Shown: positions 1 through 12,569 of the stretch, one piece after another
Layout: the number at the start of each line of letters is the position of its first letter
How positions within the stretch are numbered: the first letter of the stretch is position 1
DNA from: Mobula hypostoma
Lineage: Eukaryota
Assembly (NCBI RefSeq): GCF_963921235.1
Contig: NC_086108.1
Span: forward strand, 9,982,001-10,046,000
Length of the DNA stretch: 64,000 nucleotides
Reading direction: 5' to 3'
The notes under the pieces: model-generated
What the model was told of the DNA's origin: nothing
Seen by the model: the letters and a program-made list of their open reading frames with translations, nothing else
The model's database searches: none
Program-made: the position numbers and the translations under genes

Positions 1-608
1 TCGACGTTCCGAGTGCAGGGCCCTCTGCAAGCCCCTCTCGCTGAACTCGACGTTCCGAGTACAGGGCCCTCTGCAATCCACTCTCGCTGAACTCGACGTT
101 CCGAGTACAGGGCCCTCTGCAAGCCCCTCTCGCTGAACTCGACGTTCCGAGTACAGGGCCCTCTGCAATCCACTCTCGCTGAACTCGACGTTCCGAGTGC
201 AGGGCCCTCTGCAAGCCCCTCTCGCTGAACTCGACGTTCCGAGTACAGGGCCCTCTGCAATCCACTCTCGCTGAACTCGACGTTCCGAGTGCAGGGCCCT
301 CTGCAAGCCCCTCTCGCTGAACTCGACGTTCCGAGTGCAGGGCCCTCTGCAAGCCCCTCTCGCTGAACTCGACGTTCCGAGGGCAGGGCCCTCTGCAAGC
401 CCCTCTCGCTGAACTCGACGTTCCGAGTGCAGGGCCCTCTGCAATCCACTCTCGCTGAACTCGACGTTCCGAGTGCAGGGCCCTCTGCAAGCCCCTCTCG
501 CTGAACTCGATGTTCCGAGTGCAGGGCCCTCTGCAATCCACTCTCGCTGAACTCGACGTTCCGAGTGCAGGGCCCTATGCAAGCCCCTCTCCCTGAACTC
601 GACGTTCT
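1..608. repeat. 46-bp tandem minisatellite (~13 copies, runs off window start)
   Basis: Unit TCGACGTTCCGAGTGCAGGGCCCTCTGCAAGCCCCTCTCGCTGAAC recurs at 1, 47, 93...; two variants (AAGCCCCT / AATCCACT). Confidence 0.97.
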
Positions 609-649
609 GGATCCCACTACGCTTCAGTATGTGACAGTGGTGAGAATGA

Positions 650-755
650 ACCTACTAACCGGTATGAACCCGGAGCACCCGGAGGAAACCCACGTGCTCA
701 CAGACAGGAAGGAACGTATAAGCTTGCTTAGAGAGAGCACTGGAATTGAACTCTG
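650..755 (-). mobile_element. V-SINE (HE1-like) fragment
   Basis: CCGGAGCACCCGGAGGAAACCCACG is the reverse complement of the V-domain seen in the fuller copy at 21053. Confidence 0.7.
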
Positions 756-829
756 AAAGATGTCAGCCTTGACATGGCATCACTCCCTCTGTAACACACT
801 GCAATGTAGGCTTGGATCTGTCTAAAGCG

Positions 830-1790
830 ACCGACACACAATGCAGATCAGACAGCTTCTATGAAAATGAATAAACAGTTGGTGTTTCAGGCCGAGACCC
901 TTCATCAAGAGAGGACACAGTTTTAAGGTGCTTGGAAGTAGGTACAGAGGAGATGTCAAGGGTAAGTTTTTACGCAGAGAGTGGTGAGTGCAAGGAATGG
1001 GCTGCTGGCAACGGTGGTAGAGGCGGATACAATAGGGTCTTTTAAGAGACAGATACATGGTGCTTAGCAAAATAGAGGGTTAGGTAATTTCTAAAGGACA
1101 TGTTCGGCACAGCTTTGTGGACAGAAGGGCCTGTATTGTGCTGTAGGTTTTCTATGTTTCTATCTTTCTATCAAGACGAAGAAGGAACAGGGAAGATGCC
1201 AGAATAAAAAAGTGGGGGGAGGGGAGGGAGGCTAGCTAGAAGGTGATAGGTGAAGCCAGGTGGGTGGGAGAGGTCAAGAGCTGGAGAGGAAGGAATCTGA
1301 TAGGAGAGGAGAGTGGACCACAGGAGAAAGGGGAAGAGGAGGAGACCCAAGGGGAAGTAATGGGCAGGTGAGAAGAGGTAAAAGGCCAGAGTGGGGAATA
1401 GAAAAAGAGGGGAGGGGGAGGGAACATTTTTTTACCAGAAGGAGAAATCAATATTCGTGCCATCAGGTTCGAGGCTACCCTGACGGAATATAAGTTGTTG
1501 CTCCTCCACCCTGAGGGTGGCCTCATCCTGGCACAAGAGGAAACCATGGTCCGACGTGTCAGAATGGGAATGGGGATCAGAATTAAAGTGTTAGGCATCT
1601 GGGAAGATTCACTTGCGGCAGATGGAGCAGAGGTGCTCGACGAAGCGATTCCCCTGATTTACGACGGGTTTCACCAACGTAGAGGAGGCTGCCTTGGGAA
1701 CACCGGACCAACCCCAGCAGATTTGCAGGTGAAGTTTTGCCTCAACTGGATGGACATTCTGGGGCCAGGAATGGAAGTGAGGGAGGAGGT
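830..1790 (-). mobile_element. Penelope-like element 3' part (GIY-YIG C-terminus + pseudo-LTR), interrupted by CR1
   Basis: Minus strand 1440-1790 gives decayed ...LCQDEATLRVEEQQLIFRQGSLEPDG..., typical of the PLE endonuclease C-terminus; pyrimidine-rich 3' region and hammerhead-like motif near 877-910. Confidence 0.8.
911..1169 (+). mobile_element. CR1 LINE 3' end
   Basis: RGHSFKVLGSRYRGDV-like end, near-identical to the 3' end of the CR1 at 48780-49055; (TTTCTAT)n tail; flanked by ATCAAGA at 904-910 and 1170-1176. Confidence 0.9.
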
Positions 1791-2189
1791 CTGTCTATCG
1801 GAAGCAACTGTGTACAAAATCATTGTGCAACAGGTCATTTTACAAACTCGATAATTTGATCAGAATCACGGGGTGACTATCTCCAAGGGGCCCACAATCT
1901 TGCCACAGGGTCTGAGGCTTGCGTACCTCATTGATCCAGAGAGCTATACTGGCTGGAGTCAGGGGCTTGTGCTAGGTCATCCATGCCAAACAGGTCAAAG
2001 GGTAGAAGCCAGACTAAGAATGAAGCATACATAAAATAGTTGAATTTAATAAGTAGTGCAAAAACAGAATTAAAAAAGTAGTGAGGTACATGATTATATA
2101 GCAAGAAAAATAAATAAGTAAAGAAATCACAGTAAGTAATAAAATAATCAATTAAAAATAGTGCAAAACGGAGATAATATTATAAGTAG

Positions 2190-2350
2190 TGAGGTGGTAT
2201 TCATGGGTTCAATGTCCATTCAGAAATCGGGTGACAGAAGGGAAGAAGCTGTTCCTGAGTCGTTGAGTGTGTGTCTTCAGGCTCCTGGCCCTCCTCCCTG
2301 GTGGTAGCAGAGAGCAGGGTGATGGGGTCCTCAGTGACGGACGCTGCCTT
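2190..2350 (-). mobile_element. Rex1/Babar LINE 3' fragment
   Basis: Similar to the 3' end of the Rex/Babar copy at 19090-19260 (GAAGAAGCTGTTCCTGA...GTGTGTGTCTTCAGGCTCCTG). Confidence 0.7.
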
Positions 2351-2771
2351 CGTTGCTACCAGCGGCGTAACAGGCAGGTAAATGATAGGGCAACCATGGC
2401 AGGATTAGTTGGATGAACAGGCAGGTAGATACCGACTCCTGCTTGCCAGGTTAGATGCCTCTGATAACTTCTGTCTGTCCGTTTAAGTATTTGTTTTATT
2501 TTTTCAAGTGATTTATCAACACAATCGGTAGAGTTTAATCGTGATGAATGGGAAATGAAAGACGACTGGAGTCAGCAGTAAGAGTGATGTTAATCTCACT
2601 GGGTTATGAAGTGGAAACGATAATAAATCAGTGCCTTAGAATCTCCAGCTGTATGCGTGATGGGAATCATCTTATTTTTCTCTCGGCCGTTTCCCAAGCC
2701 AGTACCAAAATCCTCTCTCTGATTTCAGAAATGAATGGGCAGTAATTAGCAGTTTTGAATTCAATTAGGTA

Positions 2772-3166
2772 ACGAGGTGGAGGTACGTCCCTACCAAAGG
2801 AGGTGTAAGGTGTTCCTTCCCTCCGCTATCCTGCAGGTCACCCTTGGGTAAGTTGTAACACCTGCCTTGACTGTCACCCTCGATCAGGGTCACGTGAAGC
2901 CATGCAAGCAGGTGCTGGATGGTTGTACGAGCAGTCGGAGCATATCACGAGTCCTGGTTATGGGACCACTGACACCAGGCAGACAATCTCTAAACTGTAT
3001 TGATAATCGCTGGAGTCAACTGACTTGTAAAGACGCTGCCCAGAAGAAGGCAATGGCAAACCACTTCTGTAGAAAAATTTGTCAAGAATGATCATGGTCA
3101 TGGAAAGACCGTGATCGCCCATGTCGTATGACACGGCTCACAATGATAATGATGATGATGATGATG
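2772..3166 (+). mobile_element. Non-coding RTE-derived SINE-like element, (GAT)n tail
   Basis: Contains GAAGGCAATGGCAAACCACTTC (Bov-A/RTE-like motif) and ends in (GAT)n; homologous copies at 13025-13470 (+) and 14208-14530 (-). Confidence 0.7.
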
Positions 3167-3519
3167 AATTCAATCTCAGTTTGATCTGCTGGGATACCAG
3201 TGTTAGGGTGAATCAGAGCCCGTCCAAGGGACAGAGGCCTGGATGCGGTCCAGTCCTCGTTGGGGGCCTGCCTGAGTGGGTGAGTTAGGAACGGGAAAGG
3301 GGCTTGTTTTTTCTGTTGTTGTTTTGTTTTGTTTCTTATTCAAGTTCAAGTTGAAGTTTAATTGTCGTTCAACCATACACGAAAACCCATGAATAGAACC
3401 AGATGAACAGTGTTACTCCAGGGTCAAGGTACAAAACACATTACCAACAGTCACACACAGCACAAAACATGCACAAGGTAACAGTAAACATACAGTCACA
3501 CTAAAAAATAATAATAATT

Positions 3520-3885
3520 TTTCCCTGTCCTTCTTCTCTTCTTTTATTCCCCACTCTGGCCTCTTACCTCTTCTTACCTGCCAATCACCTCCCCTGATGC
3601 CCCTCCTCCTTCACTTTCTCCTGTGGCCCACTCTCCTCTCCTATCAGATTCCTTCTTCTCCAGCCCTTCACCTTTCCCACCCACCCGCCTTCACCTATCT
3701 CCTTCCCTCCCACCACCGTTTAATTCTGGTGTCCTCCCCCTTCCTTTTCGGTCCTGATGAATGGTCTTGGCCCAAAATGTCAACTGTTTATTCATTTCTG
3801 TAGACGCTGCCTGACTTGCTAGGTTCCTCCAGCATTTTGTGTGTGTGTGTGTTGGTCTGGAGTTCAAGCATTTGCGGAATCTATG
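3520..3885 (+). mobile_element. Penelope pseudo-LTR / 3' UTR fragment
   Basis: CT-rich tract, then GTCCTGATGAATGGTCTTGGCCCAAAATGTCAACTG and GCTGCCTGACTTGCT...TTCCTCCAGCATTTTGTG, the pLTR signature repeated throughout the window. Confidence 0.8.
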
Positions 3886-4407
3886 TGCTGACAATATGAT
3901 ACTGGGTGCCATGTCCTGTAGGTGGATGGTGCGTGGGAGGTTGTTGGCGAGAACAAGCCTGCAGCAGTCTGATAATATTGCTGTCGCCATTGTTGTTGCT
4001 TGTGTTATTATGCTGACCATTGTGAGCACCAGAATGTGTGTGGGTGTGTTGGCTGCTCATGCAAACAATGCATTTCACTCCATGTTTCAGTGTGCACCTG
4101 AGAAATAAACTTGAATCTTGAATTCCTTTGCCCAAAGTGATGCTGCTTGACCCAGTGAGTTCCTCCAGCACACTGTCTGTTGCTCCCTTTACCACTCACC
4201 AATTCTTAATCAACGCAGCTTGTGGATTGGACAGTGTAGCTCACGTTACGATGCGTTTCTGCATTCTGGTCACTCCTTTTTCTGTTGCTATTTTGGCCAG
4301 TTTTGAATCAGGGCTGCCTGCAGATAATGAACACTGATCTGAACTGAGTGTGTCTAGACTCTTCTGATTTTTTTTTTGGTTGACGTCTGTGCGATTTGTT
4401 TTTTTGC

Positions 4408-4872
4408 GCGAGAGGACTGGTGTGTGTTCCCTCGTTTTACCCTTTCTGAAGCCCACCATCAGCTCTTTGGTCTTACCGACATTGAGTGCAAGGCTGTTGT
4501 TGTGACAACACTCAACTAACTGGTACATCTCACTCCTGTTTGCCCTCTCATCACCATACGAAATTCTCTCAACAATAGCTGTATCATCAGGAAATTTATA
4601 GATGGCACTTGATCTGTGCTAGCCAGACAGTCAATAGTTGTAGGGGCTGTAGAGCAGTGGGCTAAGCACACACCCCTGAGGTGCACCAGTGTTGACTGTC
4701 AGCGAGGTGGAGATGTTATCTCCAACCTGCGCAGATTGTGGTCTTCCTATTAGGAAGTTGAGGATCCAATTACAGAGGGAGGTACAGAGGCCCAGGTTCT
4801 GTAGCATCCCAATCAGGACTGTAGGAATGATCGTGTTAAATGCTGAGCTATAGTCAACAAAAAGCATCCTGC
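4408..4872 (-). mobile_element. Rex1/Babar LINE reverse transcriptase fragment
   Basis: [15 protein letters not shown]...[14 protein letters not shown] and NNSLALNVGKTKELMVGFRK RT motifs, disrupted. Confidence 0.88.
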
Positions 4873-5669
4873 TTTTCTTTGAATAGGTTCCACGCCTTTC
4901 TTTGTTTCGTGGCTGTCTGTGGGGTAGACGAATCTCGGGGTTGTATACTGCATACGTACTTCGATAATAAATGTACTTTGTATCTTTGAAGCTTTGAAAC
5001 TATCAGGACTGAAGAGGAGGCAGGTTGAATTAGAGTCGAAGTCAAAGTCAAGGTTATTGTCATACGCACAAGTACAAGGAAACATTTAGCTCCAGCATCA
5101 CTTCTATATACTGTCTTAGGTACATATATATAGCTAGGGTGGTTAAAACCTATGCACAGTACTGTCATAATTTTAAACAGGGACCCGAAAGAACACAATT
5201 AAAAAAAATATAAGACCAACCCACAGTTCCCGCGGAGAAAGAAAAAAAACAACAGAACAAATCATGCAAACAACAGAAGTGAGAAACGATAACAACATTC
5301 CAACCCAATTGAATCCTTGGATCCAAATCCGTGCAACAGCTCGGAGTATACCCAAGGCCTCAGTGTTCAGTTCATTGTATCAGCAGGGCAAGTCGCTACA
5401 AAGTTCACAGAAGCCGCGGGTCGAATCACAGGCTTAGCATCGCAGAGGGAGCAGCCCCCAGACTATCTGGGCTGGTGTTCAAATTGTCCAAAACTCACAC
5501 TAAGAACTATTGCCCCGCAGCCACTGCGAATCACTCCAGGCCTAGATTTCGCTACTGGAGAAGCCATTCTCAACCTCTCCAATCAGCTCAGCACATAGAG
5601 TGATCCAAACTCGCCCGGCTCGTGACATCCTGCCTCATCTGGGCCGGTGTTCAGATTGTCCAGTCAGGG

Positions 5670-6010
5670 TATTATCCCTCATGTTAGGACCCATCAGCCG
5701 TGGTTGGCAGCTCACCTAGGAGAAGGGGAACTCTGATCTCAAACCTCTGTTGTCTTGCGACTATACCCTCTCATGGGGAAGGCTTCAGGAGTAAATCCCG
5801 AGGCAAAATTCAGTGCTGGAGTCCCTAAGGCAGTCCTATGTTGTGTTCAATGTTGACTGGCAACCCCTGCGACAGTGGTGGTGCCAAACTCTGTCAGTCT
5901 CTGCTGTTCCTTTGGATTCTCAGCTGCATGGGAAGGGGGAGCCTGCTACAGGAGCAGTAGCTTGCTCTCCATGTCGTCCTGCCCTTGCACGTCACGTCAA
6001 CAGCTTGGAT
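5670..6010 (+). mobile_element. Probable RTE-type 5'UTR-derived repeat
   Basis: 5870-5990 resembles the body of the CORE-SINEs at 13611 and 41837 (GGTGCCAA..., CCTTTGGA..., GGGGAG.C.TGC); no ORF. Confidence 0.4.
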
Positions 6011-6182
6011 GCAGCATGCGGATATGATCGGGTCTTTTAAGAGACTCCTGGATAGATACATGGAGCATAGAAAAATAGAGGGCTACAGGTAAACATACAT
6101 AGTTTCTAAAGTAAGTACATGTTTGGCGCAGCATTGTGGGCCAAAGGGCCTGTATTGCGCTGTCGGTTTTCTATGGTTCTAA
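6010..6182 (+). mobile_element. CR1 LINE 3' end fragment
   Basis: Same 3' UTR as 1020-1165, ending GTTTTCTATGGTTCT. Confidence 0.8.
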
Positions 6183-6419
6183 CTATTGGACTGCAGTGCT
6201 GCTGCAAAAAACCCCAGATTTATTGACATATGTAGGTGATGATAAACCTCTCTGTGAATACATAACTCCTCTATAGAGAGAGTTAAATGGACCAAATTCC
6301 TGGCAGTTCACATCATGGTTGACCTCACCTGGTCCCTTAATTTCACCTCTCTGAACAAGAGAGGCACAGAAACTCCTCCACTTCCTCAGCAGGGTGAGGA
6401 AAGGGAGTCTCCCACCAAC

Positions 6420-7550
6420 CCCCATCTTAACTGTATTTTACAGTTAATTTGAGAGTGTTCCAACAAGTTGTACTTCCACCTGGTCTGGAAGCAGCCAAGC
6501 AACAGACCAGAAGTTCCTACAAAGGACTGTAAGAATGGCCGAGAGGATCACTGGGGTCTCCCTACCACCATCCACTGGGGCATATATCAGGAGAAGTACA
6601 TCTGCAGGGCCTTTAGTATTATCAATGGTCCTACCCATCCACCCAGCATCCTCTTTGACTTTCTACCATCAGGCAGGAGACTCTGATGCATAAAGACAAG
6701 AACGGTCAGGATGGGAAACAGCTTCTTCCCTCAGGCTATTAGGTTTCTGAACTCCCTGCCGCATCGCATTTGAAGTGTCACAAGTTAATCTGTTCTGTAC
6801 CTGACAATATTTAATTTATGCACTTTACTTTGTTTATCTATGCATGATTCATCTGTAAAGTTTTATCCTTACTTTCCTAAGTTATTGTGAGTTATGCATG
6901 TGTTCTGTACACCACTGTGCTTTACACCCTGGTTCAGAGAAACGTTTTCTCATTTGTATATAGTTAAATTTGGCCTGTCCTCTAAAACCCTCACTAATTT
7001 TTATAGATGCACTGTAGAAAGCATTCTTCTAGGGTGCATCACAACCTGGTATGGAAGTTGTCCTGTCCAAGACTGGAAGAAGCTGCAGAAGATCGTGAAC
7101 ACAGCGCAGCACATCACACAAACCAATCTTCTGTCCTTGGACTCACTTTACACCGCACGCTGTCGGAGCAGTGCTGCCAGGATAACCAAGGACATGACCC
7201 ACCCAGCCAACACACTTTTCGTCCCTCTTCCCTCTGGGTGAAGGCTCAGGAGCCTGAAGACTCATACGGCCAGATTTGGGAACAGCTTCTTTCCAACTGT
7301 GGTAAGACTGCTGAACGGATCCTGACCCGGATCTGGGCCGTACCCTCCAAATATCCGGACCTGCCTCTCGGTTTTTTTTGCACTACCTTACTTTCCATTT
7401 TTATATTTTTCTATTTATGATTTATAATTTAAATTTTTAATATTTTCTATCGATTTATAATCCAGGGAGCGGGAAGCGCAGAATCAAATATCACTATGAT
7501 GATTGTACGTTCTAGTATCAATCGTTTGGTGACAATAAAGTAAAGTAAAT
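6420..7550 (+). mobile_element. Two adjacent Rex1/Babar LINE 3' fragments
   Basis: FYRCTVESILLGCITTWYGSC...LQKIVNTAQHIT...HPANTLFVPLPSG (6963-7320) and HPPSILFDFLPSGRRL (6420-6760); tail GACAATAAAGTAAAGTAAA. Confidence 0.85.
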
Positions 7551-8064
7551 GACAATAAACTTGACTTGACTTGACCTGATTCTAATATGGGTCTCTATTG
7601 TGGACTGCGAGTGGGAAGGAGGCAGGGAGACGGGGATCATGGTTGGAAAAAGGGGAAGGGACAGGGGAGCGAGCAGGGAACACCAGAAGCACCAATGATC
7701 AATAAACCAATTGTTTGGAATCATTTGACCTGGTGTCTCAGGGCTGGGTGTGTCTACACCTGTGCCACCCGGCACTCCTTCTCTGCCATCTGAGCAACAC
7801 CCTAATGTGAGGCTCCAGCCTCACCACTCCTAATATCCCACGCTCCCGCCAGATTTACAAACTCACTTGCTGCTCCACGTTGACAAATACAGTACTATGC
7901 AAGTCTTAGGCACCTGAGCTATATAGATTGTGTCCAGTACTGTAGCATCGAGACACAATATTCATCAAAAATCAAAATTATAAATTATACAAAATTAAAC
8001 ATGAAAGAACATAATTAGAACAAAACAAAAAGTAAATTGTAGAGTAAAAAGCTTCAGGATAGTG

Positions 8065-8345
8065 CTAGCAAACAACACTACCAAAGGTGACGTCCTGCTG
8101 ACATTTCACAAAACTACTTTTAATTCTTCTTTCAAATATGATTCTGCTACTAAGCTGAGTGCAATTGGAATCTGTGATTATATTTTGTTGGTGTGTTTTT
8201 GAGCCAATTAAACGATCCGGCACTTTGCTGTCTCCAAGAGAGTTCAGTGAAGTTTGGTGCAGAATGTAACCTGGAGCCCAGGAAGCCTGAAGATGGGTCG
8301 TGAGCCCACGATCGACCCCATTGCTTCTCTCCGATTGAGGAGTCA
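8065..8345 (+). repeat. Unclassified interspersed non-coding repeat (5' part)
   Basis: Homologous to the reverse complement of 18060-18275 and to 22705-22900; a more distant relative lies at 56477-56700. Confidence 0.7.
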
Positions 8346-8524
8346 AGGGTGAGATTCAGAATCAGCTTCATTATCACAGACATATGTCGTGAAGTGCAAT
8401 GTTTGTGGCAGCAGCAGAATGCTACAGATAAAACACACTAAAATCAGAATAAAAATAAAAATAAATAAGAATAAATCATAAAATATAAGTAGCGCAAATA
8501 GAAAGGAAAAACATTGAGATAGTG

Positions 8525-11500
8525 TACACTGTGTACAGCGCTGTGGGATCTACACTGTCCCAGTGACAAGGATCATCTGACTGTACACAGCGCTGTGGGA
8601 TCTACACTGGTACCAATGACAGGGATCAACCCAACTGTGCACAGCGCTGTGGGATCTACACTGGTACCAATGACAGGGATCAACCTAACTGTGCACAGCG
8701 CTGTGGGATCTACACTCTTCCCAGTGACAGGGATCACCTGATTGTGTACAGTGCTGTGGGATCTACACTGGTCTCAGTAACAGGGATCACCCGACTGTGT
8801 ACAGCGCTGTGGGATCTACACCGGTCCCAGTGGCAGGGATCACCCGACTGTGCACAGTGCTGTGGGTTCTACACTGATCCCAATGACATCGATCACACGA
8901 CTGTGTACAGTGCTGTGGGATCTACACTGGTCTCAGTAACAGGGATCATCCGACTGTGTACAGCGCTGTGGGATCTACACTGGTCCCAGTGGCAGGGATC
9001 ACCCGACTGTGCACAGTGCTGTGGGTTCTACACTGATCCCAATGACATCGATCACACGACTGTGTACAGTGCTCTGGGATCTACACTGGTCTCAGTAACA
9101 GGGATCAACCCAACTGTGCACAGCGCTGTGGGATCTACACTGGTACCAATGACAGGGATCAACCCAACTGTGCACAGCGCTGTGGGATCTACACTGATCC
9201 CAGTGACAGGGATCACCTGATTGTGTACAGTGCTGTGGGATCTACACTGGTCTTAGTAACAGGGATCACCCGACTGTGTACAGCACTGTGGGATCTACAC
9301 CGGTCCCAGTGGCAGGGATCACCCGACTGTGCACAGTGCTGTGGGTTCTACACTGATCCCAATGACATCGATCACACGACTGTGTACAGTGCTGTGGGAT
9401 CTACACTGGTCTCAATAACAGGGATCACCCGACTGTGTACAGCGCTGTGGGATCTACACTGGTCCCAGTGGCAGGGATCACCCGACTGTGCACAGTGCTG
9501 TGGGTTCTACACTGATCCCAATGACATCGATCACACGACTGTGTACAGTGCTCTGGGATCTACACTGGTCTCAGTAACAGGGATCACCCGACTGTGTACA
9601 GTGCTGTGGGATCTACACTGGTCACAGTGACAGGGATCAACCCGACTGTGCACAGCGCTGTGGGATCTACACTGGTCCCAGTGGCAGGGATCACCCGACT
9701 GTGCACAGTGCTGTGGGATCTACACTGATCCCAATGACATCGATCACGCGACTGTGTACAGTGCTGTGGGATCTACACTGGTCTCAGTGACAGGGATCAC
9801 CCGACTATGTACAGCGCTGTGGGATCTACACCGGTCCCAGTGGCAGGGATCACCCAACTGTGCACAGCGCTGTGGGATCTGCACTGGTCCCAGTGACAGG
9901 GATCACCCGACTGTACACAGCGCTGTGGGATCTACACTGGTACCAATGACAGGGATCAACCCGACTGTGCACAGCGCTGTGGGATCTACACTGATCCCAG
10001 TGACAAGGATCACCTGACTGTGTACAGTGCTGTGGGATCTACATTGATCCCAGTGACAGGGATCACCAGACCGTACACAGTGCTGTGTGATCTACGCTGG
10101 TCCCAGTGACAGGGATCACCCCGACTGTACACAGTGCTGTGGGATCTACACTGATACCAATGACAGGGATCACCCAACTGTACACAGTACTGTGGGATCT
10201 ACACTAATACCAATGACAGGGATCGCCCAACTGTACACAGTACTGTGGGATCTACGCTGGTCCCAGTGACAGGGATCACCCCGACTGTACACAGCACTGT
10301 GGGATCTACACTGATACTAATGACAGGGATCACCCAACTGTACACAGTACTGTGGGATCTACACTGGTCTCAGTGACAGGGATCACCCGACTGTACACAG
10401 TGCTGTGGGATCTACACTGGTCTCAGTGACAGGGATCACCCAACTGTGTACAGCGCTGTGGGATTTACACTCATTTCTGTGACAGGGATCACCTCGACTG
10501 TGTACAGCGCTGTGTGATCTACGCTGGTCCCAGTGACAGGGATCACCCCAACTGTACACAGTACTGTGGGATCTACACTGGTCTCAGTGACAGGGATCAC
10601 CCAACTGTGTACAGCGCTGTGGGATCTACACTGGTCTCAGTGACAGGGATCACCCAACTGTGTACAGCGCTGTGGAATCTACTCTCATTTCTGTGACAGG
10701 GATCACCTCGACTGTGTACAGCGCTGTGTGATCTACACTGGTCCCAGTGACAGGGATCATCCCGACTGTACACAGTGCTGTGGGATCTACATTGATCCCA
10801 GTGACAGGGATCACCAGACAGTACACAGTGCTGTGGGATCTACACTGATACCAATGACAGGGATCACCCAACTATACACAGTACTGTGGGATCTACACTG
10901 GTCTCAGTGACAGGGATCACCTGACTGTACACAGTACTGTGGGATCTACACTGGTCTCAGTGACAGGGATCACCCCAACTGTACACAGTGCTGTGGGATC
11001 TACACTGATCCCAGTGACACCCCAACTGTACGCAGTGCTGTGGGATCTACATTGATCCCAGTGACAAGGATCACCTGACTGTGTACAGTGCTGTGGGATC
11101 TACATTGATCCCAGTGACAGGGATCACCAGACAGTACACAGCGCTGTGGGATCTACACTGGTCCTAGTGACAGGGATCACCAGACTGTACACAGTGCTGT
11201 GGGATCTACACTGATCCCAATGACAGGGATCACCCAACTGTACACAGTACTGTGGGATCTACACTGGTCTCAGTGACAGGGATCACCCAACTGTGTACAG
11301 TACTGTGGGATCTACACTGATCCCAGTGACAGGGATCACCCAACTGTACACAGCGCTGTGGGATTTACACTCATTTCTGTGACAGTGATCACCTCAACTG
11401 TGTACAGCGCTGTGTGATCTACACTGGTCCCAGTGACAGGGATCACCCTGACTGTGCACAGTGCTGTGGGATCTACACTGATCTCTGTGACAGGGATCAC

Positions 11501-12015
11501 CTGACTGTGTACAGCGCTGTGGGATCTACACTGATCCCAGTGACAGGGATCACCCGACTGTACACAATGCTGTGGGATCTACACTGGTCTCAGTGACAGG
11601 GATCACCCGACTGTGTACAGTGCTGTGGGATCTACACTGGTCCCAGTGACAGGGATCACCCGAATGTACACAGAGCTTTGGGATCTCCACTGGTCTCAGT
11701 GACAGGGTTCACCCAACTGTGTACAGTACTGTGGGATCTACACTGATCCCAGTGACAGGGATCACCCGACTGTACACAATGCTGTGGGATCTACACTGGT
11801 CTCAGTGACAGGGATCACCCGACTGTGTACAGTGCTGTGGGATCTACACTGGTCCCAGTGACAGGGATCACCCGAATGTACACAGAGCTTTGGGATCTAC
11901 ACTGGTCTCAGTGACAGGGTTCACCCAACTGTGTACAGCACTGTGGGATCTACACTGGTCCCAGTGACAGGGATCACTCCGACTGTGTTCAGTGCTGTGG
12001 GATCTACACTGATCT
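8525..12015. repeat. 53-54-bp satellite array, ~3.5 kb (~65 units)
   Basis: Unit CTGTGTACAGTGCTGTGGGATCTACACTGGTCCCAGTGACAGGGATCACCCGA; CTGTGGG at 8701 and 8754 gives a period of 53. Confidence 0.97.
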
Positions 12016-12569
12016 GAGTGTACCCACACTCCTGACTGATGGGGGACACACATACACTGAAATATCACTCCGTGGAATTGGGTCTGACATGGCCCAGGGT
12101 TCACCGGAAGGAATTAAAATCTGTAGCAACCAATTTAAATTACAGAGTGGTTACAGAGAACAGTTGCGAACCATTATTAAAACGTTGCAGTTGTGTCTAA
12201 TTAATTAAAACGTAATAAGTCTTACTAATTAATGACGCGGCCTGTGGTAATGATCAGTGATTGTTCACCAGTCATGCTGTCAGACAACAAATCCAACACC
12301 TTTCCTTTCATCCCTTCCCCCCCTCTCTCTCATTGCATTTCCCGTCAGTTTTGCCTGCTCGTCGCAGTACCGACTATGGTGACTGTGCGGCAGATCTATT
12401 CATCTTGGCAGGCTCTTCCATGCTGAGCTGTCCTCTCTTCCTGCATGCACCTGTAGCTTCAACAGCTCCGATGCAGTAAACAATGCGTCACCTCACAGTC
12501 TGAGGCTGGAGAGGTTCTGCAGGTGCTGGAAATCTTGAGGAACATCCACAACATACTGGGAGAACATTA

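Noticed and set aside
1..608. CRISPR-like array
   Set aside because: Pure head-to-tail repeats with no unique spacers, no cas genes, eukaryotic context.
7881..7945. Tiny palindromic Tc1-type MITE (CAGTACT...AGTACTG), similar remnant at 5105-5165
   Set aside because: Too short and degenerate to define termini confidently.
8744..11596. Cys-rich repetitive ORFs in the satellite
   Set aside because: Translations of a 53-bp (non-triplet) repeat cycling through frames; no gene structure.
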